Source: Paraspadella gotoi
Lineage: Eukaryota > Animalia > Chaetognatha
Direction: 5' to 3'
Length of the DNA: 64,000 bases
Assembly: GCA_051294375.1 (NCBI GenBank)
Contig: CM119265.1
Coordinates: 2,845,758-2,909,757, forward strand
Shown: positions 49,181 through 60,896 of the stretch, in pieces
How the letters are laid out: every line of letters starts with the position of its first letter
How positions within the stretch are numbered: the first letter of the stretch is position 1
Translations under genes and position numbers: made by a program
The notes under the pieces: model-generated
The model's database searches: none
The model's input: the letters and a program-made list of their open reading frames with translations, nothing else
What the model was told of the DNA's origin: nothing

Positions 49181-51608
49181 AGGGATTAACTCCGCGACCT
49201 GCTTTGGTCTTCTTCTACTCGACCACGGATCCAGCGACACGGGCGCCATTCGGGAAACGTTTGCCGGAAGATTCGGAGAGAGAGTTGCCGATGATGTACG
49301 TGATTGTTGCCAGAAAAGATGAGGAGGTTGGGGGAGGAAGAAGAGAAGGACGAAGATGGAAGAGAGAGAAAATAAAGTAGACAGTGAAAATGAGTCGAGA
49401 AGCAAACAGAACAGAGGAAGGAGAACGGCATGAAGAAAGAGGAGAGGGATAAGGAGGAGGAGAAGCGAGAGAATTTGGCGACAAGTTAGAAAATTTGAGG
49501 GAGAAACTCGCGTGCGATTGACAACGCATTTTTGATCTTTATGAGACTCTGTTGGATCTGGCGGATTTTGGCGGGAAACAAGATAACAGAGTTGATTACA
49601 AACTTGGGGGGGAAAGGATTTTTTAAACTTTGCTATCTTTAAGAAAGGAGGGGGAGTATTTTTGAAATCTTATCTTGCTCAAGGCGTGATTGATGAATTA
49701 GAACTTAATGAATGATGAGAAAATGAAAAAAAGAGGGAAAGAGAAAATAATAAAATACTTGTAAATATACTGTACAATGCATAAGTGCAATAGTTCAATA
49801 CACTAATTCACTAATAACGAGATTTAAGTGTGATAGCTTCTATAAATTTTTTCCTTGCGATTTCTATCCAATGGACTCGTTTGAATTTAAATATTTTCAG
49901 TGAAGTGACGTCAATGTAATCAAAATGAATCACTCTGCCTCTTCATCCAGGTCAACGACGAATCTTCCGCTTTGTTTCCGACGTCAGATTTCGCTATTCG
50001 CTTTTTACTCGCGTCCCTGAAAATCGCACTGCGAGGACGCTAACGCATCAAGTCTCACTTCTGCACCTGTCAAAGCTCAGCGAGATGTCGGTCGAACATC
50101 CGGTCGTGATTAAGGTGGCCAAGTTCCTCGTAGACCAGGTTTGCAGTCATTTATAATCATCACATGGTTTTATACTAATTCAAACATCTCATTTTCTTTT
50201 TTCACCCTTTGCAAATGCGTTTTCCATACAATAGTAATTTAGTATTTATTATATTTTTAAATTAGATAAATCAAAGATCTCAAACCGCATGAAAACCTCT
50301 GTTCTCGTCTTTCTCTCAATCAAATCAAAGACGCCTATGCTACCGAATCTTCCGAACATTATCTCAAGGTATTATTAGCTTATGAGTTTTCGATAATTAT
50401 TTTATTGTTATTTTTTCATTTAAAAAAATCTTGAAAGTAGAGAGATTTTGCCAAAAGTTACTATTAAAAAAAATTACTTAAAAAAAAAAAAAAGAATGAT
50501 TGATGCGATAACGAATTATTGATGTAACAGTAATTGATTGAATGATGTAATAGTAGTTAATTGATTGATTGATGTAATAGTAATTGATTATTGATACATG
50601 ATAACCAAATATTTGATGCGATGATAATCAAAGATTGATGCGATGATAAACCAATAATTGATGTGATGATAACCAAAATTGATGCGATGATAACAAAGAT
50701 TGATGCGATGATAACAATAATTGATGCGATGATAGTCATTCATTGATGCGATGAGTCATCCATCGTAAATAACAGTATAAGTGAGTGAGAGAGAGAGCTT
50801 CTTAGGGTTACACACTTTAACAATTTCAATTGTAAAGAAGCGTGACGACGATGACGACAGCGACACAAGAAGCAATTCCAACGATTATCTACGCCAAGAC
50901 GGGCTTAAACCCGTATGGCGAGATAATTAAATGTCATTTTGTTCTCGTTTCCATTTACTTTTTATCTCATCTCTTTATTTATTTTTATTAATTTGAATTC
51001 AGTTCCTCAAACAACCCAACGCTCCGATTACTGATCATTTTATCTACGGGAAACGAGTTTTGGCTTCGAAGAATTTTGATTGGTGGGAGTTGAGACAATT
51101 CCTGGGAATGCCCTGTTGGAAGGTTGGGAAAGTGGAAGAAGAAAATGGTGGGGGAATTGAAGGGAAAATAAGGAAAATAAATTTCAAGGTATTTCATCAG
51201 TCGTCAGTCGCCACACCCTACTTTCTTATTACATATTCGTATTTCAGTTTAATTACGTGATAGCAGAAGTAGTTTCTGTAAAAATAAGCATAATACAATA
51301 TGAGTTATGAATTAAAAATAAATAGAAACTCAATTGAAAAACAAGAAAGGTAATTTTAAATATATTGCTGCCGCGACGCAACAAAAAAACGGGATAAAAA
51401 TAGGAGAAAAAAAAGAGCGCACAAAAAAGTAAAAAAATAAAGAGAAGCCTTCCTCTTTTTTTAGGAACGGTCCGTGTTTGGGAGACCGCTGATCCAAGGC
51501 GATCAACGCGATGACTCTAGAGGGCGATGTCAGCAGAATCAATTGGTACGGAAACTCCTCTCACTGTATCACGGACAAGAGACTCAAAAATACTGTCATT
51601 GTATCTGA
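49181..51608 (+). CDS. DUF229-family protein 4, last five exons (error-rich)
   Basis: Allowing for indels: FFYSDHG..GAIRETFAGRFEERLPMMYV, RRLTTHFDLYETL, RYSLFTRVPENR, HFCTC, ESSEHYLK, GDVSRINWYGNSSHC..KKYCHCI*. Confidence 0.85.
50497..50760 (+). repeat. ~21-bp GATGCGATGATA-based tandem repeat
   Basis: Related arrays at ~47640-47860 and, inverted, ~61765-62010. Confidence 0.7.
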
Positions 51609-52770
51609 TGCCGTCTCGCTGTATCGTACAGTGCTGTCCGTATTTTTCCAGAAAAAAAAGTTTTGAGTTTTCGTATTATTTATATTTAGAAATACAGTGG
51701 ACTTCTTATGGCAACTAATTTGCTTTTGTTATTTTTATTTATTTTCTCGATTTTTAAGTCTACTAAAATTAAAGTTTATCTACCTCTGACGCAAATTCTT
51801 TCTAGATTTTAATCTAGCGCGATTAAAAATGAATGAATAGATTAGATTTAATTGACTGAAAAAGGAAGTACATAATTTATTGTCCTTTTCGAATTTTACA
51901 TAAAGCAAAGTTGTGAGTCCATTTTTGAAATAAGGATTTTGATTCGCTACTAAAAGGTGGATTACAGTGGAGTGTGGACAATGAAAAAGAATTATTAGCA
52001 AGTCTCTTACATCAGTATTTCACCCTAAGTCATTTAGTTTTCTATCGACGCGTACTTTGTACATTAAAGTAAAGAGATAAGGCACAAATGTACATCAATT
52101 CGCACAATTTGTTTTAATTATAAAGTTAAGTAAAATATCACCGCCAAAGTTATCAGAAACTTGGATCAAGTTTTTCCCCTTTTGGGTTTTTTATCAATTG
52201 ACGATCGTATTACGAGCGTAAAAAATAAGAATCACATACAACGACAACAGAGTAAAAATCACGCGATAAAAATCAGAAACTGATTTTGGTTGAGACGAGC
52301 CAAAGGTTCATTTAGGGATCGAGTCTCTTTGGAATACGGAACTTTAAAATAAGAAAAAAAAACTGACAAAAAATATTATGAGTGTTTTTTTTTTTTTAAC
52401 TTTTTTTTTACGCTCGATCGATCGTCAATTGATAAAAACTCATAAGGGGAAAATCTTGATCAAAGTTTCTGATAACTTTGGCGGTGGATTATTTTACTTA
52501 ACGGAAGAGAGAGCAAATGATTTTTGAAATTGGTTTGTTGAAAAGAAAGAGAGAGAGAGAGAGAGAAGAGAGACACAGGGATCAATAAGTAGGCAAATGT
52601 ACAAAGTGAAAATTTTAGGAAAAAACTAAATATTAACAAAAGTGTAATAATTAAATTAATTGTTAGCTGATGATGTTGGTAGAGAAAAATGAAATAGAGA
52701 TAAGTGATGAGGGGATAATAAGTTAAAGTAAGTGAAATAGTAAGGTAAGAAAAGAGGCTCAAAAATGAGC

Positions 52771-54398
52771 CCTGGCGATCAATGGTTACCCTCTGTGGGC
52801 CTTTGAGAAGGCCAGGTTTCGCCAGGAACTTGGCTGAGGACAGGTGGCCACCAAGGGGCTGTTCAATAACCGCTACGCAAGTTCAATTCTCCACCCCCCA
52901 GGAGGGCGAACAGACCTTGCTGTTGAAGGACGACGCCGCCCACCACAGCGCAAAACGGGAGATAGACAGAAGCGTCTCAAGGAACGTGGGTACACTTGTC
53001 CCTCCCCTACACCAGGGGATCACTAATCATGGTCGGGTGCTAGCAAAGCAGGGATCTCCAGTTCAGTGAACGACCCGCGGCTGCCTTACGGTGAAGGGGC
53101 AATTGGTGAACGAAAGACAAAATTCCCCAGACCGAAAACAATCAGAGCCGTCTATTGGGCGGCCTGTGCAGGAGCGGGCAACCAACCCTGCACAGCGCAT
53201 ACTGTGGCGAGACAGGAAAGTCTCGATAGATAGGTTTCCAACAACTATCAAGCCCTATCGCGACTCTAGAGGCACTATCTGTCGGCAGTTGCAGACACGC
53301 AACAACCTATGCCATCTGTTCAGAGAGGAAGACTGTCTCGTGCTGTGCCCATGACCAAAACTGGTTCTCAAGAGTATTAGAGAGGCAATTTACATCAGCC
53401 CTCGAACCCTCTTTGAACCGTGATGGAGGCGCATTCGAACTCCCTCCAGCTATGAGTCGCTTATCAAAACTGTGGTGAGCACCCAACGCCGACCTCAGCC
53501 GCACGGTGATTCCCCTGTCCTCACTCAACGGGTCAGCGGAGGCCTCTCAGCAGGCAATGGACGTCCGATGCCGTCTACGAGCTTGCAGCAACTTGCGCGA
53601 CTCTTCTCTGCGAGCGGCCCCCAAAACGACAGCTGCAAGAGGAGCGGAGAGGAGTCTGTATCACCTGTCCCCAAGACAGCGCCCGAACAGGCAAATCGCC
53701 CAACCTCACCGTCAGGTAGAAGGAGGGCCCCCTCGGCAGCCTATCAGGTCAGAGAGATATTCGAGTGAGCACTCGGCATTTTTCCGCCGGATCATTACCA
53801 GATCCAGCCCTGTCCATTCCAACTCCACAATATCATCTCAGCCTTCATGACAGGTCAATGACCCGACACTCCCGTTAAACGTCCCAATTTGCCCGCTGGG
53901 GGGGTCAGCTCATTTTTGAGCTCTTTGGCTTACCTTACTATTTCAACTTATCTTTAACTTATCTATCCTCATCACTTATTCTTCTATTTCCATTTTCTTA
54001 CAACAATCACAGCTAACAATTTAATTTATATTACTTTTGTTAATATTTAGTTTTTTCTAAAATTTTTTCACTGTTGTACATTGTCTAATGTATTGAATCC
54101 CTGTGTCTCTCTCTCCTCTCTCGTCTCCTCTCTTCTTTCACCAATTTCAAAAATCATTTTGCTTCTCTCTTTCCCTACTTCACCTGTCCTCACATCTGAC
54201 ACTATCCTTGCTCAATTCTTTGTTGCAAACTCTCTCTCTCTTCTCGTTTCTCTCTCTCTCTCAAACTAATGTTCAAAATTTGGTCATATTGAATCATTTG
54301 CTGTATGAAGACTCTTAATACTAAGAGTCGAAACATGCTACCATTAATAAAAACTAAAAAAAATTGCCTATTACAACGAATTTTTCTCGTTTCATCTC
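52771..54398 (+). mobile_element. Penelope-like retroelement (PLE), 3' portion: RT C-terminus, GIY-YIG endonuclease, 3' region
   Basis: Frameshifted translation gives ALAINGYPLWAFEKA...LPY..GIT..RVLAK...KDKIP...AVYWAAC...C..YCGETG...QNWFSRxIREAIYI..EPSLNRDGG.FELPPAYESLI, the typical PLE C-terminal signature. Confidence 0.85.
54298..54343 (+). ncRNA. Hammerhead ribozyme-like motif at PLE 3' end (imperfect)
   Basis: CTG(t)ATGA-A-GACTCTTA(atac)TAAGAGTC-GAAA-CATG: perfect 8-bp stem II and palindromic CATG stem III. One extra base in the core and an unclear cleavage triplet, in low-quality sequence. Confidence 0.55.
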
Positions 54399-54782
54399 TA
54401 AAATTTAAATTAAAAAAAACAACACTAATAAGGCCTGTCCTTGTGCTCGAAATACGTGTGGCTTAATTTTTTTTTTTTTTTTTTCCGATTTCAAACAAAA
54501 ATGTCATTGTGATCATCTTGGGGTCTTCATGAAAGTTCTATCAGCGAAAATCAATGCACACAGCACTGCCTAAAAATAATACTGCATTATTTAGTTCATA
54601 GTTGATTACAATTGGTGTAATTTAGTTCGTACTTGTTGTGGACTCGTAATCTAACCAAAAAAATCAATGCGGCTCTAGATTCACGAAATTCCTATTTCTC
54701 GTTTACTTTTAACTACAATTTTTTTTTAAATCGTTCTTCAAATTTCAGGCTCGCTTCTCCCCCCCCCCCCCATCAACTGATA

Positions 54783-56760
54783 ATGTCTTCCCTCCTCGCC
54801 CGACTCTTTCCCGGAGTCGGCCTCCTTCTCGATTCGTGGACGTTACCTGCATCACTTACGGCGAACTCTTGTCGTAGTGACGCCGCGGTTGTCGGCGCTC
54901 ACTTTCGCCTGGATCGACGCCGCCGCTTTCGCCGTCTTCCTCGTTCCAGTCTTCGCATTCGGACGCCGAATCCGTTGGCGCCAAAGCGGCGCGATTTGGC
55001 GCTTTTATTCTTCACGTGAGTTTGAGTAATGAAAAATTCTATATTTGATCGAATTACTAACATATTTATTTAAATGAATGGATAGTATTTTGATGCTGGC
55101 GGAGTACAATTTAGTATTCCCCCGATCTAATACTTAAGATAGTGGTCTTTTCATACAATTAGAAATATTCTTTCAAACATTATACTACTGCCCTGATAGG
55201 GGGCCAAGAACCTTGCTATGTACCTCTTTGTCGTTTCGCTTGTAAGAGTGATGGAGCCTTAAACCACCAAAAGCCTGTCCAAGTCAGGGCAAGATAGTTT
55301 TATGTCAAAGAATGGATAATTTTTATATTGTTTTAACCAATTTCATACAATTCTCACAGTTAGATGGTAGCGAGAGAAAGAGAGAGAGGTGAGAGAGAAA
55401 GAGAGAAACCGAGAGGAAACAAAATGATGGAGAAGGGTCGTCTAGAGGTTGTCTCTCCTAACCAGCGTGGGTAATATTCGTCCCCACGACCCAACGACCC
55501 ACTAAATCTAAACAAACGTCACTTCAAACTTCCAGGTGTCCACGAAGTATTGTTTGTCACGTGTTCGCGATTGCGTCTGTGCAATTAGCGCCTCTCGGTG
55601 ACGTCGTGGCATTGTGGAGCGCGCCATCGTGATGGTGCCCTTGTGCGAGTTGCCTCGTGGGATCTGCGGGGCCAATGCGAGGATCCTCGGGACCAACGCT
55701 TGAATAGACGTTGCCAATGCGACGACGCCCTTCGTCTTGCCTTCGTCGTGTTTAGCCGTCGCGGCTCGTCGTCGTTTTTGTCGTCGTTTCTGTCTTGCGA
55801 ACGCAAGGACGATCGATCCTCGGCGACGCCTGGTGGTTACGCTAGCCCCGGCAACGCCATCGCCGCCACGCTCAGCTATGTCATGGTGGCCCAGTTGCAG
55901 TCACGTGCAATTGGGCAGTCGTGGATGTTTACCTTCGTTCCCGCCGCGGTCTTGGTGAGAAATTTGGTTCACTTTGTAAATTGTAAAGTTTAAATGTTTT
56001 ATATTTTTGTTATATATCAAAGCCAATTTAGCACGGTACCCAGCTGAAGACTCTTTGCCCATCCATTGGCCTAATAGTCTATCTCTATAATTGCCTCTTC
56101 TCACTCTTTCTCATTAATTCTTTCTCCTGTGGACTCTCTCTTTTCCTCAGTTATTGTTAAAACGCTCATTTACACCCCGAGGTCGCTTGGTCCTTATAAT
56201 ATTCTTCCCCTTGTCAAAAAAGAAAATTCCTGTCTGTCATGAAATATTTTATTAACTGGGCATTGCGGTTAATAATATCCGTTTGAAGAGACAGTAATTA
56301 TTATTATGTGTAGTACAAACCTTTGTTTGTCGGTTAAATGGTAAATACGTCGTCCTACCATCAATTCATATAATAAGTTTATAACCCACTCCTGCTCTTT
56401 TGACCTACTTCTTCCGCCTCTCCCCGCCGCATCCGCCGCTGCAGGCCGCTTCCCCGCGATTACTTAAGCAGCCGCCGTCTCCGGTCTCCTCGACGTCATC
56501 GGGATGCTCCTTCGGCGTTCTCTCCCAACAGATCGTCAGCGCCTCCACCGTGACGCTCATCGGGTCTATTGGAGATCCCCTTGGGCTACTTGCTGGGACT
56601 TTGTCTTCACTGGAGAGTGACCGCCTTCGTGGAGCACGTTGGGCGGAGCAGGCTCATCGCTGTCTCTGTTGTCGGGTCGTCGGAGAGTTGAAATCGTTAA
56701 GAGAAGAGGAAGAGGATCATTTAGAATTAGAAAAAAAGAAATTGTTGAATCAAATGCTAA
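54783..56760 (+). CDS. Second (probably allelic, error-rich) copy of SLC35G-like gene
   Basis: Near-identical to 37886-39857 with many 1-bp indels. Confidence 0.75.
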
Positions 56761-57531
56761 AATAGTGTTGTGACTCCTAAATTCGCCTCCGTATAGCGTT
56801 GGTGAACTCAGCTCGTCCGATTGGCTTGGACAGCGACTACTCGTTCACCAACGTGAGTTCCGGGTTCCATCCCCTCACAGTTCACGCTGGTTAGAGTGTG
56901 ATCGGTGTTGGTGTTGGCAAAATACGCAAGTAGACAAATTTATTGAATCTATTTGATTTAGATATGAATCAAAATATCTTGTTTTCTTCAGAAAAACTCA
57001 GACTGGAGTGAATTGTAATATCACTACCCGTTGGATACGACTGTTCCTGCCATCAGCGCCGTAGTCACTGCACTGGAGATAACGCTTCATCTCTGAACCC
57101 AGCTGGTCACGTTCTTAGCCTTGGTTGAACAGCCTTGCAAAAAAAAAAAGTGCAGGGCGGGTTAAACCACCAGTAGCAAGCCTACCGCGGAATCCAAAGT
57201 TCCAGAAAGCAAAGCAACTGTCGGAAAAATCTCCCAGACCCACTGAGCGCACTAAGATTGGCTGTTATCCACACTCGCAGAGAGGGATGGCGACCCTCTC
57301 GGTCACTTTACTGATTTTTATGAAATCAATGCTAGATAATAGACATTGTATTATTTCTTTCGTTTCGTTGCGTTTTAAATTTAGTGAAATCAATGTTTTA
57401 AATTTAGGGTTATGCTACTTAATGTGTGAATTATTTGACAATGAAAACAGTTTCTCGTGCAAATATGTAATATGTTTAACGGATGTATTCAGTCCGATAT
57501 AGAGTAAATCGATAAACGCTGTAGCCGAATG

Positions 57532-59844
57532 TCAATCTTATAAACGGCGAAGACCGTAGCCGAGGAGCAAATAATCATCGTTCTGTACAGAATGAGTCAC
57601 ATAATTGTCGTAATTTGATGCCACAAAATCGCGCCGCTGAGACGATGCGACAACGCCGCGCCGCTCGACCAAGGACGCCGTAACACGAATCTGAGAGAGG
57701 AGAGAGAGATAGAGAGAAAGAGAAAAACAATTCCAGAATCTAATCGTTTATTATTATTATTATTATTATTATCATCGCAGGAGAACCAATCTAACCCAAC
57801 GTAGAACCGGATCGAAGGACCAGGCGATCTCCGCATAATCGGAATCGTCGAATCATGATTGGTCAAGAAAAATAGAAAATAGCCTAGCTTTCTTAGTTTC
57901 AGTAGAATTGATCTGTACTCCTGCGTGTGTCTCACCGTCGCCTTTTTATTCTCAGAATAAATCTCGTTTGATTTCATACAAGAAATCCATGAGTTTTTCC
58001 TTAAATGTGGTGGCAGCGGTGGATTCGAAACCACGCCTCCGAAGAGGACTGGTTATATGTTAACGTCAAATTATTTTAAAACTTAAAGGATTAAATTTGA
58101 TTTTTGCCGATCGGGGTTTTAGCGTCTTTTGAAAAAACCACTTTAATAATATTATTAAATCAAAAACAAACCAACCAAACCCTAAACCCTCTTAACCCTA
58201 ACCTACCCTTAACTCTAAACCCCCCCTAACCCCGGTCGGCGAAAGTAAAATTACCCACTCAAAAGGTTTTTAAACTCACAATTCCATGAATTTGTATAAC
58301 ATCTTTGGTATCTTTCTATTATCTGTGCATTTTTTGAAGATTAATTCGAACTTTATCGGCAACCTGTATCGTTCGTACTCCAAACTTTTCATTTCGTCTC
58401 GCAGCGAGTTGCAAAGCAGCTTGATCATCGGCCTGATAGTAAATTAGTATAATTAATATAATAATTATAAATTTTTAAAAATAGTAAATAATAGTAAGAT
58501 TAATATAATAATTATGAATTTAAAAAATAGTTCCGCTTTGGCGCTCCTCACCCGCGTAGGCAGAATGAAACTGAGTCTTTCAATTTTTCGAAGAAATTTC
58601 CAGGCCTCGTCCAAAATGGATTGGCGGCGGCGGGACTGAGCAGACGTTTGGGCGAAGTCGGTAGGTTGGTTCTGGATTGGATCGATCAATCAATCCATCG
58701 ATTAAAAATCAATTTATGAAATTTATTAATTTATTTATTTATCACAGTAAGTATATGCCGAATAGGTCAATCGATCTTTAAACATTTTTAATCAAACTGC
58801 CAAAGCAATTCAATCCAATAGGCAATTGGTCAATCGTTCAATAAATAAAACCAAAATTTTTAATCGTTCATTAATTAATTAATTCCATAGATCAATCAGA
58901 GACTTAAATCTTGAAAAAAAAAACTATAGATAGGCAAAAAAATAATGATTGTGCTTGTATTGAGTCATTAAAAATAACCTGGCACATTTGAAACTGAACA
59001 AGCCAAATTTAATTATGTACCAAATTTATCTTTGTTTCCATTTCGGACAAAGATTTTTTTCTTCCACGTCCAAACACAGAGCCTCTTCTCCACTGATGGA
59101 CAAACGCCAGTTGAGGAGATAGACGTTGGTCTGTTGAAACATTAACAATTTTTATTGTCTGTCTCTCTCTTCTATCTCTCTCTCTCTCACCATGTTTTAA
59201 TTTCAACTCCCTCCCTCGTCGGAATCTTCATTCTCTCTCTTTCAATCGTTGCTCTTTGTTCGGAGAATCGAGTTTCTTTGGGCGAGCGACGCTGCGCCGC
59301 TGAATAACTGCGCGTAATTTGAAAAACAACAAAGGAGGAAAAAAGATTGAATAATATTATAAATTTTTTTTCATATTTCACAATTTACAATTAGATTTTT
59401 CAGTTCATTATTCATTTTAATTGGTGCTACAATTAATCATGCTTCCTACCTTCGAACAGGCCATGGTGAGTTAATGCTTTTTCGCGATTAATAATAACAT
59501 AACATTAATAACATTAATATTAACACGAGTTTTAAAAACATTTGTCCTGTAATTGTTAGTAGTCACTGATTCAACGTTTCAGTTAATGTCTTTGCAACTC
59601 TGTAGCTTTCTAAATTCTATTTCCTTACCCTCGCTCGTTCAAGTAAGGAAACCTCACCCGCTTCGGAAAATCTCTCGTTTCGCGGTCGCTGTTGAACGCT
59701 GCCCGTTTTGGCGGCTGCGGGCTTCGGATGTTGATGTTTAAGTGCTGTTGCTGCTGAAGCTGCGCGCGGGCGACGATTTCACCCTCGTCGCCATCGGTGC
59801 TGGTCATCGCCACAGACGCGGAGAATCAAGTGTTTCGTATCCAT
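57532..59844 (-). CDS. Second (probably allelic) copy of Tctex1-domain gene
   Basis: Near-identical to 40634-42983. Confidence 0.8.
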
Positions 59845-60896
59845 AATTTTCGGTGTCGAATATTTATCGTTTAATATATTTTAATTTTAATATTAAATAA
59901 TTGGCAAAATTACGCGTTCACTGGTTACAATTTTCCAGTCAGGTGATTTTTGGTTCTTTCGCTTTTTCAAAAAAAAGAACACTGATCAGCACTTCCCCTA
60001 GCCACTCCTAAACAATATGTATTTAAAAAATAAAACCGACTGGGTAATTCCAGTTGGGGAAAGTAAAATAGCGCCCAATATTTTTATTTAATATTTTGTC
60101 TTTGTTACACTTAAAAAAAAAAAAACCATAATATTTTTTTCAAGTTTTTTTTTTCTTATTTTAAATTCCGTATCCAAAGAGACTCGATCCCTAAATGAAC
60201 CTTTGGTCGTCGTCAACCAAAAATCAGTTCTGATTTTTATCGCGATTTTTATCTCTTGTTGTTGTTGTTGTTGTTCTTTTTTTTTACGCTCGATCGATCG
60301 TCAAGTATAAAAAACCAAAAGGGGAAAAAACTTGATCCAAGTTTCTGATAACTTTGGCGGTGGATTATTTTACTTAACTTTATAATTAAAACAAATTGTG
60401 CCAATGATGTACATTTGTGCCTTATCTCTTTACTTTAATGTACAAAGTACGCGTCGATAAAAACTAAATGACTTAGGGTGAAATACTGATGTAAGACGAC
60501 TTGCTAATAATTCTTTTTCATTGTCCACACTCCACTGGTAATCCACCTTTTAGTAGCGAATCAAAATCCTTATTTCAAAAATGGACTCACAACTTTGCTT
60601 TATGTAAAATTCGAAAAGGACAATAAATTATGTACTTCCTTTTTCAGTCAATTAAATCTAATCTATTCATTCATTTTTAATCCGCGCTAGATTAAAATCT
60701 AGAAAGAATTTGGTCAGAGGTAGATAAACTTTAATTTTAGTAGACTTAAAAATCGAGAAAATAATAAAAAATAACAAAAAGCAAATTAGTTGCCATAAGA
60801 AGTCCACTGTATTTCTAAATATAAATAATACGAAAACTCAAAACTTTTTTCTTCGGAAAAATACGGACAGCACTGTACGATACAGCGAGACGGGCA

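Larger units (their letters stand above)
54399..60109 (+). repeat. Direct duplicate of 37500-43329
   Basis: Colinear copy. It continues at 60110-64000 as the reverse complement of ~45500-52390. Confidence 0.95.
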
